A program made the position numbers and the translations under genes. A DNA stretch of 64,000 bases from Candidatus Latescibacterota bacterium. GTDB lineage: Bacteria; Latescibacterota; UBA2968; GCA-2709665. The stretch covers positions 1,024,001-1,088,000 of the forward strand of contig OZ244744.1 in the NCBI GenBank assembly GCA_965219455.1, in the 5' to 3' direction. This document shows, piece by piece, positions 1 through 10,120 of this stretch. Numbering within the stretch: the stretch's first letter is position 1; each line of letters opens with the position of its first letter. Under the pieces are notes generated by a model. That model ran no database searches, was not told the origin of the DNA, and saw only the letters and a program-made list of their open reading frames with translations.

Positions 1-237
1 CACCGCCGTTGCGGGTGTCTCCCGTTCCACCTCGACCACGGCGCCCGGGACTATCTGACCGGATGCCACCCCCGCGACGTACTGCGGCAGGCGCTGTACG
101 CCATGCGAGTCGTGACCCGACAGGCTGGACGCCACGAGTTGTCCCGCGACCGTTTCCGCTTCATCGGACGTGGCGCCGGCCCGTTCGTAGATCTCCCGCC
201 CTATTCGACGCAGTTCGACCGCAGATAAAACCGGCAT
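1..237 (-). CDS. Ldh_2-family (malate/L-lactate/ureidoglycolate) dehydrogenase, N-terminal part, runs off the window edge
   Basis: Own translation from ATG at 237 (GAGGAG upstream): MPVLSAVELRRIGREIYERAGATSDEAETVAGQLVASSLSGHDSHGVQRLPQY. The GHDSHG motif is typical of this family. Not in the ORF track. Confidence 0.85.
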   Translation of the reverse strand, partial: MPVLSAVELRRIGREIYERAGATSDEAETVAGQLVASSLSGHDSHGVQRLPQYVAGVASGQIVPGAVVEVERETPATAV

Positions 238-271
238 GCGAATGCTCCTCTGTACGAATTAACCGACCGCT

Positions 272-387
272 CGGACCGGGGCGGCAGACCAGGGTTTCGC
301 GCGGTGTATTTAACTGGAGTAGGCCGCCTACGGACTCGGGGCGGCAGAAGGGTTTCGCGCGGTGTATTTAACTGGAGTAGGCCGCCT
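272..387. repeat. ~58-bp tandem direct duplication (2 copies)
   Basis: GGGGCGGCAGA-(cc)-AGGGTTTCGCGCGGTGTATTTAACTGGAGTAGGCCGCCT occurs at ~278-329 and ~338-387. Confidence 0.9.
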
Positions 388-2217
388 CAACGCTGGAGTG
401 TCAACGCCCGGTACCGCTCCAGAATCGCCCCCGGAACCACCTTCTTCAAGCCCCGCGTGAGCGTACCCGTCTCCTCGGTGAGCGCGTCGGGCAGCACCAG
501 CACCCGCTGAGGACGCTCGTGTCCAGGCAGGCCGGCGGCGGTCGCCTCGTTCAACAGGAGTTCCCGCAACCGATCCGCCACACCCGAATGCCCGCGTACG
601 GCGTCATCGTCTTCGGGAAGATCCGGCAAATCAGTCAACGTCCGCGCCTCCTCTACGTTGACCGTGACAACCGGCATGGGGAAGGACCCGCTCTGATCGC
701 CCCAGACCATCACGTGCTCCACCAGCGGAACCCGGGCGTATATCCGTTCGAGTAACTCGGGATTCACAAACTCCCCGTTACTCAATTTGAACTGCCGTCC
801 CAGGCGTCCTCCCGTCCCCATCCATACTGAACAGATCGCCCGTCCTGTACCACGTTTTGCCGGACTCGTCCTTCACCAGCGTCCGGGCGGTGCGATCGGG
901 ATCATTCAGATATTTCCGCATCACGTGGGAACCGTGCACCCAGAGCTCTCCTTCCCTTCCGTGGCTTTCGCTGTAGGTCTGCGTGGCCGGATCGCCGGAC
1001 CCCACCTCTTCACCCTCTTCCGTCATCAGCTTCACCTCCAGAAGCGGCCTTCCCACGGTACCGGTCTTCTGAGCGTCCAGCGTATTCACCGCAATCAGCG
1101 GGCAGCACTCGGTCGTCCCGTATCCTTCAAGCGAGGCGATATCCAGCACGTCCTGGAAAAAATCCAGCGCCTCGGGGTCCGCCTTGGCGGAGCCTACAAT
1201 GAGCAGTTCCAGCCGGCCGCCCACGCGCTGGGACAGTTTCTCCTTGATCTTCGCCACCACCTTCCGTCCGATCAATCCATAGACCGCCCGGTCCGAGATG
1301 GAAGCCGTGCCCCTCGAGATGTTTGCCTTGGCCCGAACCGCGCGCTCCACCAGCCTGCCTTTTACGCCGCCCGCGTCAATCTCCTTGCGGACGTTTCCGT
1401 ACACCTTGTCGAGAATCAGGGGCACGGTCAGGAAGCCGTGAGGTTCCGAATAACGAATGTCCACCAGCACCCGATCCGGCGAACGCGCAAGATCCAGCGT
1501 CCAGCCCTTGACAAGGGGATAGTAGATATTCAGGATGCCCATGGTATGGTAATCCGGCGCGGACTTGAACAGAACGGGCTGTTCGCGACGGGATATCCCG
1601 TCCCACACCGACCTTACGTTATCCACCAGATTCTGATGGGTCTGTACAACGCCTTTCGGCAAACCGGATGATCCCGAGGTGTAGACCACCTTTGACTCGT
1701 CGTCCGGATGGATCTCCAGGTCCGGAGGAGGCGCCTCCGCTCCATCCTTCACCAGAGCGAAAAACGACCGGGTCTCTTTGGAGTGGCCCTCTGTAAGGAT
1801 CAGTTTTGGCGATTTCCCGAGGCGCGGCAGTACCCGCTCCACCTGTTCCCGGCTTTTGCTGTCCAGGAACAGCACAGCGAGGCCTGAATGGTCGATTTTG
1901 TACTTCAGAATATCGTCGGGCAGCTTATTGCACAGCGGCACCGAAGACAGACCCAGCATATCCGCCGCCAGGAAAATCAGCACCGGCTCCAGACCGCCGT
2001 CCGTCAATACCCCCACGCGGTCGCCCTTTGCAAAACCGGCGCGGGCGAGCCCGGAAGCCAGCCGGTCCCGCTGCTCACGGAGCTGCGCGTAGGTCATCGG
2101 AACGTAGCGCAATCCCCTTTCGCCCGGCTGATCGGACTGCCTCAGCACGCGTACCGCCGTCCGTTCCGCGTGCTTTGCGAAGCTCTCGTTCATCAGATCT
2201 TTAAGGGTCCGACTCAT
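387..2217 (-). pseudogene. Long-chain acyl-CoA synthetase (AMP-binding), frameshifted near 810
   Basis: ORF 778-2217 has YTSGSSGLPKG, EGYGTTE and YRTGDL. The expected continuation GRLGRQFKLSNGEFVNPE lies in another frame (ORF 387-821). Confidence 0.8.
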
Positions 2218-2674
2218 ATCCGAAGGTCTCCTTTTTTGCCGGATCCGGGATTGGAACCTGCCGTTGAAACAGGGTCGTCAGCCGATCTGACTACCCCTCC
2301 CGGAACCGCACCATAACACGTCGCTGGATGACACGCTCGACGTTTTCCCGGCGAGGACGAACAAGCGGGTAAATATAATCACGCACGTCACCCGCCGCAA
2401 TCGTTTCCCGTATTTCAATCAAGTGCCGGCACGGCTTCGTCATTTACCGGATTGCCGCCTCGAATTGTCGCTTGTTGCACGCTATCAAAGGGAGCACCCT
2501 ATCGTTTACATTAATCATACACCATTGCCCCCGGACCCTGAGCCGCTCCCTGAGCTTGTCGAAGGGTCGGCAAGGGTGGAAAAACGCACCGAAACGCGGG
2601 CGCTTCGACAAGCTCAGCGTCCCCGTTTGGGTAAATTCTTTTCCACTGTACCAGGAGCAACAAATGGCAACTAT

Positions 2675-3127
2675 TTACTGCTCCTGGCAATAACATCGTC
2701 CCGTCCGCGCATTTACGGGACGAAAGGCCAGTTGCGTTGTGCGATCCTCGCCGCTGCCTCGATGCAGGTAAATCGCGGTCAAGGGTACGCCGATTTGGAT
2801 AGTTTCCGGATTCCGTGTGTCGACGCCTTCTATGCGGGCGACGATTCTGGGGCTTTCGTCCAGTTGGACAACCCCGGTGCAATACGGATTGTCGCGACTG
2901 TAGCCCTCCTCCTGCATGGCGGGCGGACCGATGGAAATGCATGTAAAGGCCACGAGCTTGCCGTCGCCTCTCATCCGGATCCATTGCATTCCCGTATTCT
3001 GACATTCTGTACATACCGGACGCGGCGGCACGTAACTGGCGTCGCACCGCGGGCACGCCGACCCCATCAATTTTTCTTCGCGGAGGAATGCCTCGAACCA
3101 GTAATCGCTGATCGGCCGCGTCGCCAC
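2675..3127 (-). CDS. Zn-ribbon/OB-fold protein (DUF35-like), thiolase partner
   Basis: CPRC-x-YVPPRPVCTEC, PYCTGVVQLDE; lies 3 nt downstream of the thiolase. Confidence 0.9.
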   Translation of the reverse strand: MATRPISDYWFEAFLREEKLMGSACPRCDASYVPPRPVCTECQNTGMQWIRMRGDGKLVAFTCISIGPPAMQEEGYSRDNPYCTGVVQLDESPRIVARIEGVDTRNPETIQIGVPLTAIYLHRGSGEDRTTQLAFRPVNARTGRCYCQEQ

Positions 3128-3130
3128 CGG

Positions 3131-4396
3131 CTATCGCCTCTCGAGAATCGTAAACGTACTCGTGCCGCCGGTGCCACCCAGGTTGTGGGCCGCGCCCAGG
3201 CGCAGATCACCGTTCGGCACCTGCCTTCCGCCGGCCTGTTGGCGCAGTTGTTCCCATACCTCGAACAACTGCGCGACGCCGGTCGCCCCCACGGGGTGCC
3301 CCTTGCACTTCAGACCGCCGGAAGTGTTAATCGGCTTCGGTCCGTGCAGCCGGGTCGCGCCCTCACCAACGGCCCGGCACCCTTCCCCGGGGCTGAAGAA
3401 GCCGAGATCCTCGATGTGGAGGATCTCCGCGATGGAAAAACAATCGTGCACCTCGGCGAACTGAATGTCCGCCGGGCCGAGATCCGCCATGGCATACGCT
3501 TCCCGACCGGCCTGGCGCGTGGCCTCAAAGCTCGTCAGATCCGGCGCCGCGTGGAGCCCCCTGCCGCTGCCCTGGCCAAGGCCCACCACGTATAGCGGAT
3601 CGTCGGTAAAACGTCTGGCGATCTCTTCGCCGACCAGCAGGATACAGCCGGCGCCGTCGCTGATGGGACAGCAATCGAACAGGTGCATGGGCCATGCGAC
3701 CGGCGGGTTGACCCCGGGGTCGCGCAGGAAGTCTTTTTCGTCCGTCCATTTTGGCAACGGGGCGCCACTTGCTCGGGCGCGCTCCACCTTCGAATCCATT
3801 ATATCAGCAATTGAGGCCCGGAACTGCGCTTTCGGATTCAGCGGCGCGTTCTCGTGACTTTTTATTGTGACATCCATCAGGTGCTCGCGGTTCGCGCCGT
3901 ACTTGTGGAAATACGCCGTCGCGATCGCGCCGAACACCCCTGGAAAAGTAAAGCCCGACTTCCGTTCGTAGGGTACCGCCGCCGACGCAAGGCCCTCCGC
4001 CACGTCGGCCGTGGAGCGCTTTGACATGTCCTCCACGCCGCCGACGAGGACCACGTCGTAGAATCCCGACGCGATAGCAAAGACGCCTTCACGGAAGGCG
4101 ATTGCGCTGGAGGCGCAGGCGCCCTCGGTGCGTGTCGCCGGCCTGGGAACCAGGCCCAGCGCATCGACAAGAACCGCGCCCCAATGGGATTGACCCACGA
4201 AGAAATCGTTGGTGAAATTGCCGATGTACAGCGCATCGATCTCGCCGGGATCCAGCCCCTTGTCCACCGATGCGATCATCGCGCGGAAAGCGTCTACGAA
4301 GAGATCCCTGGAATCCCTTTCTTCGAACATGCCGAATTCCGACATGCCGGCGCCCACCATGGCAACGCCCCGTCCGAGTTTGCGTTTCTTAACCAT
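3131..4396 (-). CDS. Thiolase-domain protein (SCP-x/archaeal-type acetyl-CoA acyltransferase)
   Basis: EGACASS, DCCPISDGA, EVHDCF, NTSGGLKCKGHPVGATG. Confidence 0.92.
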   Translation of the reverse strand: MVKKRKLGRGVAMVGAGMSEFGMFEERDSRDLFVDAFRAMIASVDKGLDPGEIDALYIGNFTNDFFVGQSHWGAVLVDALGLVPRPATRTEGACASSAIAFREGVFAIASGFYDVVLVGGVEDMSKRSTADVAEGLASAAVPYERKSGFTFPGVFGAIATAYFHKYGANREHLMDVTIKSHENAPLNPKAQFRASIADIMDSKVERARASGAPLPKWTDEKDFLRDPGVNPPVAWPMHLFDCCPISDGAGCILLVGEEIARRFTDDPLYVVGLGQGSGRGLHAAPDLTSFEATRQAGREAYAMADLGPADIQFAEVHDCFSIAEILHIEDLGFFSPGEGCRAVGEGATRLHGPKPINTSGGLKCKGHPVGATGVAQLFEVWEQLRQQAGGRQVPNGDLRLGAAHNLGGTGGTSTFTILERR

Positions 4397-4502
4397 CGTA
4401 CATCGCCTCGGCGCCAATTTCAATTCGACAGGCGAGCGCGAGAATATGGGGAAGTGACGCTGCCGGCCCGGAATCGCATCCCGCAGGCATCAGGTCAACC
4501 CG

Positions 4503-6068
4503 TCAGATCACCCTGCTCGCCCTGCCGCCCCAATACGGCGCCCTTATCAGGTTCTTCACGACCTTGCCGTAGTTGTTCCTGGGCAATTCTTCGACAAAAT
4601 CCACGGATCCCGGTTTCTTGAAACTCGCGATTCGGCCTTTGCAGAAGTCGATCAGTTCTTCGCCGGACACGTCGCACCCGGGCGTCTGAACCACAACGGC
4701 CTTGACGGCCTCGCCCCACTCCGGATGCGGCACACCGATGACAGCGACCTCGAATACGGCCGGATGTCGAATGAGCACCTCTTCAATCTCGCGCGGGTAG
4801 ATATTCTCGCCGCCGCTGATGATCAGGTCCTTGGAGCGATCCAGGAGAAAAACGTACCCGTCGTCGTCCATGTACCCCACGTCGCCCGTGTGAAGCCAGC
4901 CGTCTTTCAGGGCGGCCGCCGTGGCTTCGGGATTGCGCCAGTAACCCTTCATGACCAGGTCCGACCGCGTTACGATCTGGCCGATTGCTCCCGGCGGAAG
5001 TTCGTTGTCGCCGTCGTCCAGGATTCTGACTTCGACGTCGGTACGCGCAAACCCCGCCGAACTGAGTCGCTTCATCTGTTTCGAGGTGCCGTTCAGGACG
5101 TGGTCGCGGTGGGGCAGGTGGGTGATCGTCATCGGAGACTCGCCCAGGCCATACAACTGCACGAGACGGGGCCCCAGCTTTTCGATCGCAACCCGGAGGT
5201 CTTCGGCCAGCATCGGGCCGCCGCCGTAGTTGAGGATCGTTAACGATCGAAGGTCGTACCGGTGCAGCGCGGGACTTTCCACCAGGCGCTTTACCATGGT
5301 CGGCGCGGCGAACATATTGGTGACCCGGTACTCTTCGATGGCCTCCAGAACACGGTCCGGATCAAAGGCAACGGTTTCAGGAATGATATTGGCCGCGGCC
5401 TTGCCGACGTTTGGCAGGGCGTACAGGCCGCTGCCGTGGGACAGGGGCGCCGCGTGCAGGGCCACGTCGTCGGGTCCGAAGCCCTGGCAGATGTCCGCAT
5501 AAAAGCTCATCGTCATCGCCAGCAGATTGCGGTGCGTCAGCAGTGCCCCTTTAGGTTGATCCGTGGTTCCGGACGTGTAGAACACCCACGCCACGTCGTC
5601 GGGATCCACGTCCACGTCGTCGAACGCGGCGCGCTCGGCGCGAATCAACGTTTCGTAGTCCAGCATGTCCCCTTGCGCTTCGGCAATGGTGACGACGTAC
5701 CGAACCCTCGGCAAACGATCTTTCACCTGCGAAATCGGCGCGTTGAATTCGGTGGAAAGAACAACCAGTTCGGCTTCCGAATGATCGATGATAAAGGCGA
5801 TTTCATTGGGATGCAGGCGGAAATTGATCGGTACGGCAGCGGCCCCGACCTTGAAACAGGCAAACATGGATTCCAGCATTTCGGGAAGATTTTGCATGAG
5901 GATGGCCACATGGCCGCCGGGGCGGACGCCGAGTCTGCAAAACGCGTTCGCCAACCGGTTCACGCGCTCGTTGAACCGGGCGTAGGTCCATCGCCGGGAG
6001 CCGCACGCCACGGCCAGATTCTCAGGAAACGTGCGTGCCGATTTCGTCAGCAGTGTGCCGATGTTCAT
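4503..6068 (-). CDS. Acyl-CoA synthetase / long-chain fatty acid-CoA ligase
   Basis: FYTSGTTDQPKG, YGLGE, WLHTGDVG, DRSKDLIISGGENIYPREIE, C-terminal PRNNYGKV. Confidence 0.93.
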   Translation of the reverse strand: MNIGTLLTKSARTFPENLAVACGSRRWTYARFNERVNRLANAFCRLGVRPGGHVAILMQNLPEMLESMFACFKVGAAAVPINFRLHPNEIAFIIDHSEAELVVLSTEFNAPISQVKDRLPRVRYVVTIAEAQGDMLDYETLIRAERAAFDDVDVDPDDVAWVFYTSGTTDQPKGALLTHRNLLAMTMSFYADICQGFGPDDVALHAAPLSHGSGLYALPNVGKAAANIIPETVAFDPDRVLEAIEEYRVTNMFAAPTMVKRLVESPALHRYDLRSLTILNYGGGPMLAEDLRVAIEKLGPRLVQLYGLGESPMTITHLPHRDHVLNGTSKQMKRLSSAGFARTDVEVRILDDGDNELPPGAIGQIVTRSDLVMKGYWRNPEATAAALKDGWLHTGDVGYMDDDGYVFLLDRSKDLIISGGENIYPREIEEVLIRHPAVFEVAVIGVPHPEWGEAVKAVVVQTPGCDVSGEELIDFCKGRIASFKKPGSVDFVEELPRNNYGKVVKNLIRAPYWGGRASRVI

Positions 6069-6202
6069 GGCCTGACCGGTCTCCTCGCAGCAAGCGTCTC
6101 CGGGCACCGCCGAGCGTCCCGGCCGGACAGCAGGCAGCGCGCCGTATGTACTCAAGCAAGTCTGGGATCGAAGCGATTCGGACAGAGGCGTGTTTGGAAG
6201 TT

Positions 6203-7261
6203 TTACGCGGCGGGAATCATGTTGATGCAGACGGGCTGCGGCGTCCGAACCTCCTGCCCCGTCGGCGTGAGCCTGCCGGTACGTGCATCGATTCGATACG
6301 TGAAGATATTGTCCGTATTCTGGTTGGCAGCGAACAGGAACTGCCCGGAGGGGTCCACAGCGAAATTACGCGGGAACTCGCCGCGGGTCGACTCGTAGTC
6401 CACGACCGTGAGCTTGCCGGTCCCCGGGTCGACTTCAAAAATCACAATACTGTCGTGACCCCGGTTGGTACCGTACACGAAACGCCCGTCGGGCGACACG
6501 TGGATATCCGCGCAATAGCTGGTCTCCGTAAAGTCTCCGGGCAGTGTGGAAATCACCTGGATCGTCTGCAGAACCCCGCGATTCTCGTCATACGTGTACG
6601 CCACGGCCGTATTGTCCAGTTCATTGATCAGGTAGGCGTGCTTCCGGTTCGGATGGAACGCGAAGTGCCTGGGCCCGGCGCTCGCCTGAACGTCTACCCA
6701 CGGGGGTTCGTTCGGCGTTATCGTCGCTTCCTCCGGATCCAGCCGATAAACCATTACCTTGTCGATTCCGAGATCCGCTGACACGGCGTATCGATTGCCC
6801 GGATCGATCGTAATTGAATGCGCATGCGGCCCCTGCTGCCGGCCCGGGTGCGCGCTGGAACCTTCGTGCTGGAAAACCGACGTGGCCTCGCCCAGACTGC
6901 CGTCCTCCCGGATGGGCAACGCCGCCACGCCGCCGCTCGAATAGTTCGCAACCAGCGCCACACGCCCAGTCGCGTCCACGCTCACGTGGCATGGCCCGGC
7001 CCCCATACAGGACTGGTGATTCAGCGAACGCAACGCCCCCGTGGCCGGATCGATGGCGAACGCGTGTACCGCACCGCCCTCCTCCACCTCCGCCACCGAA
7101 TAAAGGAACCGATTCGTCGGATGCATAGCTTGAAATGAAGGATTCTTCACGTCCGAAACCGTACTTACCTGCGCCAGATCCCCCGTCGACAGATCCAGAC
7201 GGTAAATCGAAATACCGGTGCCGCCCACGTAAAACCACATCGCTTCCGCCTGCTGTGACAT
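6203..7261 (-). CDS. pgl: Lactonase family beta-propeller (6-phosphogluconolactonase-like)
   Basis: NPSF, GPCHV, VANYSSG, PHAH, DLGID, GPRH, NRGHDSI, PRNF motifs. Confidence 0.88.
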   Translation of the reverse strand: MSQQAEAMWFYVGGTGISIYRLDLSTGDLAQVSTVSDVKNPSFQAMHPTNRFLYSVAEVEEGGAVHAFAIDPATGALRSLNHQSCMGAGPCHVSVDATGRVALVANYSSGGVAALPIREDGSLGEATSVFQHEGSSAHPGRQQGPHAHSITIDPGNRYAVSADLGIDKVMVYRLDPEEATITPNEPPWVDVQASAGPRHFAFHPNRKHAYLINELDNTAVAYTYDENRGVLQTIQVISTLPGDFTETSYCADIHVSPDGRFVYGTNRGHDSIVIFEVDPGTGKLTVVDYESTRGEFPRNFAVDPSGQFLFAANQNTDNIFTYRIDARTGRLTPTGQEVRTPQPVCINMIPAA

Positions 7262-7307
7262 AACTCGACCCTCCTGTTAAACCCGGTCCGCACGGCCCAC
7301 GCGTGGA

Positions 7308-7910
7308 TCAGGCGTCCGATACCAGATACCCCTGTTTCTCAGCCCGTTCGATCAACCCCCGGACGTAGGTCCACAGGGCCGGCGCCCCCGCTTCGATATG
7401 CCGGTTTCGAGCGATCACCTGCTCCCTGCTTATGTTGTGCTCCCGCCACGCGATCCCGCCGGATTCGTAGTTCAGCAAAATCGGCTGGAGCCTGTCCAGG
7501 GATTGCGCGTACTTCGCCTCGGGAGTCTCACGAGCTTCAAACTCGTCCCATAACGCAAACACGTCCCTCGCCAAATCGGCCGGCAGCAGATTGAAAATCC
7601 GTTCGGCGGCGCGCCGCTCCCGCTCCGATTTGTCGGCGTGCCCCGCCTCGTCGTAAGCGAAGGTGTCCCCGGCGTCGATCTCAACGACGTCGTGAAGCAA
7701 CAGCATTTTTACGACCTTCAGCAGATCCGGTTCCTCCCGCGCGTATTCCGCAAGCAGCACGGCCATCACCGCCAGGTGCCAGGAATGCTCCGCGTCGTTC
7801 TCCCGGCGCTTTCCGTCGATGAGATACGTCCGCCGGAGCACCCGCTTCAGCTTGTCGATCTCGGTAACGAAAGCGATCTGTTGTTCGATCCTGTCCGCAT
7901 TCATCAACAT
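7308..7910 (-). CDS. HD-domain hydrolase (HD_3/YfbR-like)
   Basis: EIDKLKRVLRR, ENDAEHSWH, LLHDVVEIDAGD, DRLQP. Start trimmed from the ORF track. Confidence 0.9.
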   Translation of the reverse strand: MLMNADRIEQQIAFVTEIDKLKRVLRRTYLIDGKRRENDAEHSWHLAVMAVLLAEYAREEPDLLKVVKMLLLHDVVEIDAGDTFAYDEAGHADKSERERRAAERIFNLLPADLARDVFALWDEFEARETPEAKYAQSLDRLQPILLNYESGGIAWREHNISREQVIARNRHIEAGAPALWTYVRGLIERAEKQGYLVSDA

Positions 7911-7970
7911 GCGCCTTATTTGGTGTCCTGTCCCGAAAATATCTCCCCATTCTCCCGCCCATTCATCCCG

Positions 7971-8003
7971 CCTGCCTGCGCCAAGCACCGCGCGGCAGGC
8001 AGG
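7971..8003. mobile_element. 33-nt CCTGCC...GGCAGG palindromic micro-insertion
   Basis: Interrupts TTCATCCCG^TCTCGC, which occurs uninterrupted at ~20739 and, reversed, at ~29431. Confidence 0.75.
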
Positions 8004-8186
8004 TCTCGCAGCGTCGCTTGCGCTGCTGGTGCTGCTTGCACTGAGCTTGTCGAAGTGGCCCGTCAAAGCAAGCTTGTCGAAGTGCCCTCGCTCGCCGACC
8101 ATGCGCAGGTCGCCTGTTGGCGGACAAACACCCTTTGGAACTAACCTCCTGGGAAACAAGGGCTTTACCTCTCCCACCAACTTTCA

Positions 8187-8400
8187 TTTTCTCTTCGTCC
8201 TTTTTCTTGTACGCCCAAGAAAAAGGACCAAAAAGAACGACGCCGCTCGGCGCGGGGCCGGTTTTTCCACGAATCTCGTCAGTGGCGTAGGCAAACGACT
8301 GTGCCCTGCGTGTGCATTCGTCCCCACTGTGTTTCGGTGCTGAACGGATTAACGTGGAAAAACCCCCAGCACCACCACGGGACGGTGGAGAGGTGGATCT
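8187..8400 (+). repeat. ~210-bp structured dispersed repeat, copy 1
   Basis: Hairpin GTCCTTTTTCTTG...CAAGAAAAAGGAC plus long-range stem GGTTTTTCCACG...CGTGGAAAAACC. Homologous to 17042 and 29135. Confidence 0.88.
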
Positions 8401-8681
8401 GAACGGACCGCCGTGGGGTGTGGCGTGTTTCCGCAGTATTGTGCTTGCTTTGTTCTGCTCCCCCTCTCCCCTTGGGAGAGGGGGCCGGGGGGTGAGGGTC
8501 TCCCGTCTCACCGCCTTTAGGAGAGGGGCTGGCGGGAGGGGTCACAATCTGCGAATTGATACCGCCAGGCCATATCGATATTCTGTGGACGCGGTGTGGT
8601 CGTCTCCCGTCTACCCTCTAACGTCTCACCGTCTTTGGCTGATAGCTGATCGCTGCTTTTCTCCGGCCGAATTCAGGCAAC

Positions 8682-9497
8682 CTATTTTCGGGACAGAACA
8701 CTCGCCTTCGGGGGCAGCGGCCACGTCTCGCCCGCCATGAATCCGCCGTCCACGTAGATGTGCTGGCCCGTTACGTAATCCGACGCGGCGGATGCGAGGA
8801 ACACCGCGGTTCCCACGAGGTCGTCCGGGATACCCAGGCGCCCGGCAGGGGTCCGACCTTCGCCCCATTCCCGCATCGTCGGGTCGGACCATAACTTTTC
8901 CGTTAGAGGCGTCAGAATAAATCCGGGACAGATCGCGTTCACCTGGATATTGTGCGGTCCCAGTTCCAGCGCCTGCGCTTTGGTCAACTGACCCACGGCC
9001 CCCTTAGTGGCGGTATACACCGAAACGCCGTGTAACGCGATTCCGGTTGTCAGGGAGCCGATATTGATGACTTTGCCCTGCCTTCGAGGGATCATGTGCC
9101 GGGCGGCCATCTGTGTCAGAAAATAGAGTCCCTTCAAATTAACCGCCATAATCCGATCGTAATGTTCCTCGGTGACCGCGTCCAGCGGCTCCCGGATATT
9201 CATCCCCGCGTTGTTCACCAGAATGTCCAGTTGCCCATAGTGCGCGCAGGTTGTCTCCATCCCCCGCTTGACGGAGTCCAGGTCAGCCATATCCATTTCC
9301 ACAGCCAGGGCGTCGCCTCCTGCCGCTTCGATCGCCGCCACGGTTTCGTCCAGTTGCGAACGGGTCCTCGCCGCGCAGACACACCGGGCGCCGTGCGCCG
9401 CCAGGCCCTTCGCGACGCCCTGCCCGATCCCCCTTCCGGCGCCCGTCACCAGCGCGACGCGCCCTTCCAGAGAAAACAGATTCAACTCATGCTCCAT
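8682..9497 (-). CDS. SDR oxidoreductase (gluconate 5-dehydrogenase/KduD-like)
   Basis: TGAGRGIG, NNAG, YTATK, NAICPG, DGG. Confidence 0.93.
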   Translation of the reverse strand: MEHELNLFSLEGRVALVTGAGRGIGQGVAKGLAAHGARCVCAARTRSQLDETVAAIEAAGGDALAVEMDMADLDSVKRGMETTCAHYGQLDILVNNAGMNIREPLDAVTEEHYDRIMAVNLKGLYFLTQMAARHMIPRRQGKVINIGSLTTGIALHGVSVYTATKGAVGQLTKAQALELGPHNIQVNAICPGFILTPLTEKLWSDPTMREWGEGRTPAGRLGIPDDLVGTAVFLASAASDYVTGQHIYVDGGFMAGETWPLPPKASVLSRK

Positions 9498-9658
9498 TTC
9501 ATGACGCCTTCCACTTACGGATTTTCCGATATGTCTGACCCCAGAGTCGGCGGGAATCGGGTGGCGCCCCATCTCGCATACGGCCGGTTCACCAAGACTG
9601 GCATGTCAGAACTCGTGGTACCGTAAACGTATACTGCCGGTTCGCAGCACACTTCTGG

Positions 9659-10120
9659 CTATTCCGTCATCCGGTCGATGAATTTTTTCACGTCCCGCCT
9701 GTGAATCTCTCTCAGGCGACGGACATTGCCGAGAAGATCGTCCAACTTATCAGGGTTCAATTCGGCCGTGTACGCGTGCCTGAAAAAATGCCGGAACCTG
9801 CGCAGTTCATCCAGCAGATCAAAGGCGCCATCGGATACCAGTGCCGGCCTGATCCCTTCGATTTCGAGGCGCATTCGTCGCAAAAGGTCAATATGGTACC
9901 TCTCCTCTTCAAGCCGGTTCTCGAAGAAATGGACAACGGTCTCGAACAACTGCTCGAAAGCGGAATAGAGGTTGTGGATCTGATAGGCCATACTGTCGAC
10001 ACCCTCGGCCGTTTCGCGGAAAATTCCCGCGCGCTGTTCGATCCGTTCACAAATGCGGTCGATGTCACGATCGCGTGAATCGATTTCCGCCTTCAGGATG
10101 GCGATCCTGGCTTCATCCAT
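9659..10120 (-). CDS. HepT-like HEPN ribonuclease toxin
   Basis: HNLYSAFE and RHFFRHAY (Rx4HxY); overlaps the upstream MNT gene by 8 nt. Confidence 0.85.
   Translation of the reverse strand: MDEARIAILKAEIDSRDRDIDRICERIEQRAGIFRETAEGVDSMAYQIHNLYSAFEQLFETVVHFFENRLEEERYHIDLLRRMRLEIEGIRPALVSDGAFDLLDELRRFRHFFRHAYTAELNPDKLDDLLGNVRRLREIHRRDVKKFIDRMTE

Noticed and set aside
272-387. Possible CRISPR mini-array
   Set aside because: Only two adjacent units, no unique spacers and no cas genes.
2423-3595. 390-aa plus-strand ORF and similar long antisense ORFs (5262-6398, 12446-13639, 19538-20659, 59925-61025)
   Set aside because: Shadows of well-supported genes on the opposite strand in high-GC DNA; no motifs.
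7911-8680. ORFs across this intergenic region, including the long N-terminal extension of the HD protein
   Set aside because: They translate repeat mosaics (REPs, the structured repeat), not protein-like sequence.
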